DNA of 63,950 bases, the filler included, from Conidiobolus incongruus B7586 (lineage: Eukaryota): assembly GCA_000697335.1 (NCBI GenBank). It is 10 parts of 10 records of this genome, joined end to end, with 100 filler letters (N's around TTAATTAATTAA, not from the genome) between each part and the next. Parts side by side here need not be neighbours in the genome. Positions count along the whole stretch, not along the records: positions 55,780 to 57,997 come from JNEM01006887.1; positions 58,098 to 63,950 come from JNEM01006888.1; 8 more parts are not named here. One strand, 5' to 3'. Made by a program: the position numbers and the translations under genes. Below the pieces are notes generated by a model. It saw only the letters and a list, made by a program, of their open reading frames with translations, was not told the DNA's origin and searched no databases. Shown piece after piece: positions 55,780 to 63,950 of the stretch; position 1 is the stretch's first letter; the number at the start of each line of letters is the position of its first letter.

Positions 55780-56827
55780 ACTTACTAGAAAATAATATCA
55801 GATTTATTTAACCTATACTATTCAATGGTTTTTTTCAATTCATTGTTTAAAATACTTTAGTATATCTCAACATTAACTCCACCATTAACTTTACAAAGAT
55901 ATCCTATACCTAAAGACAACATATATCCCCAAATAATAATTAACCTACTATTGTACTTTTGGGTAAAATTAACATGATAGTTATAAAATAGTTCTGTATC
56001 TTTTTTGAAACATCTAGCTTTTTTATCAAATCTACTAAAATATATTTTTATTTCATTAGATTAAATAACCTTACTCTAATTAGTTTTAGTTTAACATTAG
56101 TGATAACATTTAAACTCCCACCTAGTTTTATAGTGGGATTTCTTTAGTTGGAGGTGTTTTTTCTTATAGTGTAAGTGGTATCTATGCTAATGTAAAGTAC
56201 ATATAATAGTATTAGTGCTAACTAATATTCTTATATAGTCTTATAGTTCTTGTTGTATTTCTATAGCAATACCACACTTGCTTGTATTAACCAACTTATA
56301 AATATACTTCTCATTATATTTATCTATGATTTTAACACACTTAAGTTTAAGTTTAAATGTTTCTTTATTGTTATTCTTAATAGCTTTAACTATAATAAAC
56401 TAGCTAACATTAGTAATTCTAGCAATATCACAAGTTAATTTACCTTTTTTATAAAGTTAATTAATACATAAGTAGATTTTTTTAAAAAGGGATTTAGGTA
56501 TAATAATACTAATAAAAAAAATTTAATATATCTGTAAAATAAAATATAAAATAATAGCAAAGAGAGAAAAAAGATATGGTTATATATTGTTAAATATATT
56601 CCCTTATCTCAAAAACCTGTAAATTTATAACTTACTTTGGTTAAATATTAAGGGTTAATATTTTTGCTAATAGTTTAATATATATATCTAAATATATTTA
56701 TTTATTATTAAATAATATATCTTAATTATATATTATAATTTCAAGTAATCTAAAATATACAATTGTTTTAGTTATTAATTAATATATATATATTTTTGAT
56801 TTTATAACTCACTTTTGCAGGTCAGTG
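55780..56827 (-). mobile_element. Tc1-like element, partial (gap-truncated)
   Basis: Colinear with ~61647-62693. Has the best-preserved TIR end, ataactcacttttgcaggtcagtg plus TA. Confidence 0.92.
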
Positions 56828-58097
56828 TATAAGTTTTTGCTATTAATTATATCCTAGTAAGTTTTATATAATTATAATTAAATTAGTCTTTTAATTTTTG
56901 ATTAAGCTATTTTTTTGTAAATTTTTACTTAGATGAAATAATTATTTTTATTATATAATATTTCTTTAATATTAAAAAATTCCAAAATTGATTAAAATTA
57001 ATAAAAGTGTTTAAATATATTATAAAAATTCTATCTCTAATTATGAAATATGGATAAATTTAATTTTTAAATTTTTAAACCTTTGAAATAATTTTAGACT
57101 TATATTTAAATTAATTTATCTAGATTCAAATGGTATAAATAAGATTGATATATTTATAAAATTTTTTTAAGTTTTAAATTATCGAAAAGCTCATGTTTGG
57201 GTTTTATTAATAACATTATCAAAGACAATGGAACATGACTATTTGGTTTGAGAATAATTTAATAATATCCAAAATAGATAGTTTTCAATCAAAATATATT
57301 TTATATTAATATATATATATTTTCAATCAATAAATTTCCCATTTAATATGTAATGTTTTTTGGATCCTTATATTATATATATAATTCTGAATTAAATTAT
57401 TTGCAATTTTTTAATTCTAATATAATAATATATTTTTAAAATAACCAAATATTACTATTAGAGTATTGAGTTGAATTTTACAATATATATATTTAAAATT
57501 ATATTATTTATAAACTCTTGATATTTATGTAAAACTAGCATAAAAAATAATATAGAAACTATTATATTAAACTATATATAGAAATTTTAATTCACAAGTT
57601 ATATTTGAAATATCATTATATATCAAAATTTGAACTTTTGCAAATATATTTTCAAATAGTATTTGTTATATTAATTTAAATTATTCAATTATTTATAATT
57701 TTTATTTTTTTCAATTTTTATATAATTTTTATAATTTGATTTATTTTTAAAATTAATATATTTCAAAAATATTTGTCCATTTTAATTTGATAGATAAGCC
57801 AATATTATCTTTAATTAAGGCTGGTTTTATAGGTTTATAATGAAATAATATAATACTGAATTAATTATTAGAATAAGGTTATCTATAAATAATATATTAT
57901 CAACTATTTTTATGAAAAGAAAACTCAAAATAAATCAAAACAAAATAAATATTAATCAAGATAAATTTGATTAAAATTATTATATATAATATAATATNNN
58001 NNNNNNNNNNNNNNNNNNNNNNNNNNNNNNNNNNNNNNNNNTTAATTAATTAANNNNNNNNNNNNNNNNNNNNNNNNNNNNNNNNNNNNNNNNNNNN

Positions 58098-58609
58098 TTA
58101 TTATATAAAATAAATAAGTTATCTTATTAAAAAAGCTATATAAAAACCCCTAGAAAATATTAAAAATATCTTAACTTATTATACTTATTTGTAAAAATCT
58201 AAAGAGTATGTCTCCTTTAAAAAACTTATTAAGGGAATATTAAAAAACTAATTCTTTAAATTCTAATATATATTTTTTTATAATTTAATTAATTATAAAT
58301 TTATGATTAATTTATACTTTTATAGTTAAATTAATTATATAAATAGAATAGAATTATTTAATAAACTAGGTTTTTTTCTTCTCAATTTTTACTATTTTTT
58401 ATCTTTTTCACTATTTTTAAGATAAAAATTATATTTTATCAATATTATGGTATATTAACACTATTTAATATAAATCTTAATATATTAGTGACTTATCTTA
58501 GTTTAAAGCTTAATTAAACTTTATTTATATATTCACACTATATCTTATATTATATTACTATATTCTGTGCCATACTATCTTTATATTAAGCTTTCCTCTA
58601 TATTATATC
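58098..58609 (+). mobile_element. 3' fragment (chromodomain end, PPT, most of the LTR) of the same gypsy family
   Basis: Colinear with ~18125-18637. LTR starts at 58238 after the purine tract aagggaa. Confidence 0.85.
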
Positions 58610-58767
58610 AATAACCTTTTATTATTATACTTATAAATTTAATTTCTTAAAATTATTTATTTTTTTGAAAAATCTAAAATTAATAAATATATCAATTTTT
58701 TCAATATTATTAACTATATAATATATAAAATAAAGTTTTAAACTTTGAATATGAAGTTTGAAATATA

Positions 58768-60304
58768 CTCTAGCTTACAAAAATAAATCATAAAATTAAA
58801 AATATAAATATATCTATTAATATCTTAATTAATTCTAAATGAAATAAATTTATATTAAACTATATAATTAATATATAAAGTTAGATTTAATTAATTATTA
58901 ATTGATATATTAAAACTAAAAGTATATTTAAGATAAGTTATAGATTTATAGGTTTTAATATTAATAGAAAAATTAATATTTGATATATCCATCTTTTGTT
59001 TTTTTAACTTTTTTAAGTTTATAGGGTATAGAGTTAATTAGCTTCTTATATTAAATAAAACTAATATTATTCTAAGTTTCTTGAATATACTTTTAAAGTT
59101 AATTTAAATTTTTTGCTAGGGGGAAAACTTTAATTGATTTTTTTAATTGATCTTAAAGATATTTAATTAGATTGAAATTAAAAAATTAAAGAGATTATTT
59201 TATAATAATTATTTTGTTATTTTTAAACTATTCAATAATAGAATTTATAATATAACAAAAGGTATTATTTTGTTAAAAAATAATATCTGATTTATTTAAC
59301 TTATATCACTTAATAGTTTTTTTCAATTTATTGTTTAAAATACTTTAATATATTTTAGCATTAATTTTCTTACCAATCTTATAAAAATATCCTATACTTA
59401 AAGATAATAAATATCCCTAAATTATAATTAACCTACTATTATATTTTTGGGTTATAATAACATAATAGTTATAAAATAGTTCTTTATCTTTTTTCAAATA
59501 TCTAGCTTTTTTATTAGATTTATTAAAATATATTTTTTTTAATTAAACTAAATAACTTTACTTTAGTTAATTTTAATTTAACTTTAGTATTAGCATTTAA
59601 ACTCCCATTTAATTTTATAATGGGATATATTAGTTAAGGGTGTTTTTTCTTAAGGTATAAGTAATATCTATTCTAATATAAAACATATATAATAATATTA
59701 ATACTAATTAATATTCTTATTTAGTTTTGTAATTCTTATTATACTTCTATAATAATATTAAACTTACCTATATTAACTAATCTATAAATATACTTTTTAT
59801 TATGATTATTTATAATTTTAATATATTTAAGTTTTAGTTTAGATGTTTCTTAAGCATTATTCTTAATAACCTTAACTATAGTAGATTAGCTAATATTAAT
59901 AATTCTAGGAATCTCACAAGTTGATTTATTTTTATTATAAAGTTGATTAATATATAAGTGATCTTTTTTAAATAGAGATTTAAACATTATAATATTAATT
60001 TTAAAATATTAGCTTAATAGTTTTATAGTATATATTATAAGAAGAAAAAAATATATATATAAATTTTGTTATTTATACCCTTTTAATATATAAACCTATA
60101 AATTTATAACTCATCTTAGTTAAATTTTAGGTTTTAATATATTAACCAATAAATGATAAAATATAATCAAGTATAGTTAATTATAATTAATTAATATAGG
60201 TAAATTATAAATTTTAATTTTAATTTATTTAATTAAGAATTATTTAAGATATAAGTAAAAATATAAGTAATTTTGATTTTATAACTCACTTTTGCAAGCT
60301 AGTA
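58768..60304 (-). mobile_element. Tc1-like element, divergent subfamily, full length
   Basis: TIRs ctctagcttacaaaaataaatcataaaatt / ataactcacttttgcaagctagta, flanked by TA. Internal sequence is colinear with 61121-62693. Confidence 0.85.
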
Positions 60305-61120
60305 TATATCAAAGCTAATATATTTATTACATTATAACCTATATAACTAAAATCACTTTAATAAATTAAATAATATAATTAATAGTAAGAAAATTCAGGA
60401 AAATAAATTTCATTAGTTTATAAAACTTTAAATATTAATTTTAAATAAAAAAAACTAATAAAAAAATTAAAAATTATTAAAAAATATAGTAAAAAGCTAT
60501 TTAAAACAAAAAAATATTAGTTTTATAATATTTATTAATTTTTTTTAATATATATTAATTGATATTTGATTTTGGATTCAAAATCTTATTATTATATAAT
60601 ATCTATAATAATATTGATAGATTTTATTTTATATATTCTAATATTTTTATATATAATTAATAATTAACCTATATAATTAACTATATAATTTAATCCATAA
60701 TAAATTTTACTATATTATATTTTTAAATATAGTTATTTTTATAATTTTAATAATTCTAAGTATATCTATCAAAATGAAAACAAGGTTTAAATAAATAACC
60801 ATTTGTAATATAAATACTTAGATATTATTTTAAAAAAATATTTAGTTTTATTTAATATAAAATAAATTATATTTTTGTCATCTTTAGCAAAATATATTAT
60901 TAATTATATCCTTGCTTGCAAAATACAAAAATAGATTCAAACCTTATCAAAGGATATTAAATTTTATAATAAAGCTAAAAAGATTAGAGTCATATTAATT
61001 CCAAATATATTCAAGTCTTATTTATTTTTAAATATCGGATTACTCTTGAATTTACCAAACTATTATCTATTTTAAAAAATACAATATATAAAAATATTAC
61101 AAAATATTGAAATTAAAATA

Positions 61121-62693
61121 CATTGACTTGCAAAAGTAAGTTATAAAATCAAAAACACCTATATTTTTACTAATAACTTAATTAATATTTAATAAAATAA
61201 ACCTAAATTAAATAATTAAAATCTATTATATTTATTAATTATATATATCATTAAATGATGATATTTAGCTATTAATTAGCTAAAATATAAACCCTTAAAT
61301 TTTACCTAAGATGAGTTATAAATTTGTGGGTTTTTGGTGATAAAAAAAAATTAAAACCTAGTGTATCTATCTTTAGCTTTTCTAACTTCTTTAAGTTTGT
61401 GGGGTATAGAATCAAATAACTTCTTACACTAAGAAGGGTTAATCTTGTTCTATACTTCTTAAACATATTCCTAAAGTTGATCTAAATTTTTTACTGGGGG
61501 GAAAGCTTTAATAGCTTTTTTTAACTGATTATAAAGGTGTTTAATTAGATTAAAGTTAGGAGATTGAAGAAGCTACTTCATAACTATTATCTTGTTATTT
61601 TTAAGCTATTTGGTAATAGAAGTTGTAGTATAGTAAAAGGTATTATCTTGCTGGAAAATAACATCAGATTTATTTAACCTATACTATTCAATGGTTTTTT
61701 TCAATTCATTGTTTAGAATACTTTAGTACATCTCAGTATTAATTCCCCCATTAACTTTACAAAGATACTTTACAACTAAAGACAACATATATCCTTAAAT
61801 AATAATTAACCCACCATTATACTTTTGGGTAAAATTAACATAATGGTTATAAAGTAGTTTTGTATCTTTTCTAAAACATCTAGCTTTTCTATTAAATTTA
61901 CTAAAGTATATTTTTGTTTCATTAAACTAAATAACCTTACTCTAATTAGTTTCAATTTAACATTAATAACAACATTTAAACTCCCACCTAATTTTACAGT
62001 AGGATTTCTTTAGTTAGGGGTGTTTTTTCTTAAAGTATAAGTGGTATCCATGCTAATATAAAGCACATATAATAATATTAGTGCTAACTAATATTCTTGT
62101 ATAGTTTTATAGTTCCTGCTATATTTCTACAGTAATACTATATTTACCTGTATTAACCAACCTACAGATATACTTCTCATCATGTTTATCTATAATCCTA
62201 GCACACTTAAGTTTAGGTTTAAATGTTTTTTTATTGCTATTCTTAATAGCTTTAGCTATAATAAACTAGCTAACATTAATAATACTAGCAATATCACAAG
62301 TTGATTTACCTTCTTTATAAAGTTGATTAATACACAAGTAGATTTTTTTAAAGAGGGATTTAAGTATAATGATACTAATAAAAAAAATTTAGTATATCTG
62401 TAAAATATTATATAAAATAATAGCAAAGAGAGAAAAAAGATATGGTTATATATTGTTAAATATATCCCTTTATCTCAAAAACCCACAAATTTATAACTCA
62501 CCTTGGTTAAATATTAAGGGTTAATATTTTTGCTAATAGTTTACTAAATATATCTAAATATATTTATTTATTATTAAATAATATATCTTAATTATATATT
62601 ATAGTTTCAAGTAATTTAATATATACAATTGTTTTAGTTATTAATTAAAATATATATATTTTTGATTTTATGACTCACTTTTGCAGGTTAGTA
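61121..62693 (-). mobile_element. full-length Tc1-like DD34E transposon with IR/DR ends (1573 bp)
   Basis: TA-flanked TIRs. Relic IFQQDNTFYY...K*LLQSPNFNLIK corresponds to FQQDNAPCH...WPPQSPDLNPIE, with 34 residues between D and the former E. Confidence 0.93.
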
Positions 62694-62945
62694 TATAAAA
62701 CAATAAGTCTAATATCTTTATTTAATATTTATTATATATAATAGTTTTAGGATATTTAATAATTATTTAATTAAAGATTATAAATTATTAAAACTATTAT
62801 AAATTCATTATATAAAGGAATAAATTTGAAAATAATCATTACAAATAAGATCAAGCATTTTAATATTATAAATTTAAAATAATTAAAATCAATAATAAAT
62901 AAAATAGATGAAAAATAGAGAATATTACTTGGAGCTTTAAAAAAA

Positions 62946-63503
62946 TTTAATAAAAAAATCTATATTTAATATTTTTTAATCCAAATAATTTTGTAATTAA
63001 TACTAATCAATTATATTTCAAGATAAGTCAAAAAATATTTAATAAAAAAATCTATATTTAATATTTTTTAATCCAAATAATTTTGTAATTAATACTAATC
63101 AATTATATTTCAAGATAAGTCAAAAAATATTTAATAAAAAAATCTATATTTAATATTTTTTAATCCAAATAATTTTGTAATTAATACTAATCAATTATAT
63201 TTCAAGATAAGTCAAAAAATATTTAATAAAAAAATCTATATTTAATATTTTTTAATCCAAATAATTTTGTAATTAATACTAATCAATTATATTTCAAGAT
63301 AAGTCAAAAAATATTTAATAAAAAAATCTATATTTAATATTTTTTAATCCAAATAATTTTGTAATTAATACTAATCAATTATATTTCAAGATAAGTCAAA
63401 AAATATTTAATAAAAAAATCTATATTTAATATTTTTTAATCCAAATAATTTTGTAATTAATACTAATCAATTATATTTCAAGATAAGTCAAAAAATATTT
63501 AAT
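62946..63503. repeat. tandem repeat, 92-bp unit, ~6 identical copies
   Basis: ccaaataatt recurs at 62981, 63073, 63165, 63257, 63349 and 63441. Confidence 0.95.
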
Positions 63504-63950
63504 CTTATAAATAAAAGGATATAAATAAATTAAAAAATAATAAAGAAAATTAAATTAAGTTTTCCTAATATTTATATATTAAACAATATTCAGAAATATT
63601 TTGGGAAAATAAATTAATTATTATTTATGTTAAACTATTATTAAATAATATAATATTATAATAGTTATATATAATAAAGTCAATATAATACAAAGGAAAG
63701 CTTAAATTAATAATATAAGCAATTTATTATATCAATTGAATTATTCTGGTTTTAAATATATTAGTTAATAAAATAAATAAAAAAATTGATATTATCAAAA
63801 TATAATATAATAATAAAACCTATTTAAATTTAGGAAATAATAATAATTAAGAATATTGAATAAAATAATGAAATTTAAAAAAAGGGATAATTATATTTAT
63901 TAATTAAATAAATAATATTAATATAATTAAATTAAACTTAAAAGTATAAA

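Noticed and set aside
3679..56438. Short I/N/K/L/F-rich ORFs (3679, 4755, 11580, 17231, 19154, 23345, 23364, 33934, 39786, 51787, 53842, 56250)
   Set aside because: Chance ORFs in AT-rich or promoter DNA, or off-frame pieces of mutated TEs. No motifs.
12679..58097. Nine identical TTAATTAATTAA 12-mers embedded in N runs (gaps starting at 12679, 18812, 26600, 28590, 32237, 39629, 52157, 55680, 57998)
   Set aside because: Artificial 100-nt scaffold spacer with stops in all six frames, not biological. It also makes adjacency across gaps uncertain.
62946..63503. CRISPR-like appearance of the regular repeat
   Set aside because: Units are contiguous and identical with no unique spacers, there are no cas genes, and the context is eukaryotic.

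Overview
AT-rich eukaryotic DNA from a fungus, probably an early-diverging (non-Dikarya) lineage such as Entomophthoromycotina. That placement is inferred from protein style and short GT-AG introns, not proven. The window is scaffolded from about 10 contigs joined by artificial N44-TTAATTAATTAA-N44 spacers. Intact genes: 6-phosphogluconolactonase, a Mn-type CDF transporter (4 exons), G-protein beta subunit (4 exons), a Zn2Cys6 transcription factor, two tandem HSP20 genes with perfect heat-shock elements, a sterol O-acyltransferase (2 exons), a GBF1/Gea Sec7 ARF-GEF (6 exons) and an orphan secreted Cys-rich protein. A third HSP20 copy is a pseudogene. About a third of the window is dead transposons absent or nearly absent from the ORF track: a Ty3/gypsy chromovirus (2 near-complete copies and 1 fragment), an IR/DR-type Tc1 DD34E element (5 copies, one nested in a gypsy) and a DD34D mariner (4 relics). 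All three families have been inactivated by massive, directional C>T / G>A transitions, mostly CpA/TpG>TpA with CpG essentially gone, while neighbouring genes are spared. This points to a RIP-like, repeat-targeted genome-defence process. Also notable: an intron-containing tRNA-Tyr-type gene with a CUA (amber) anticodon, and a CpG-rich three-hairpin island that may be an ncRNA.
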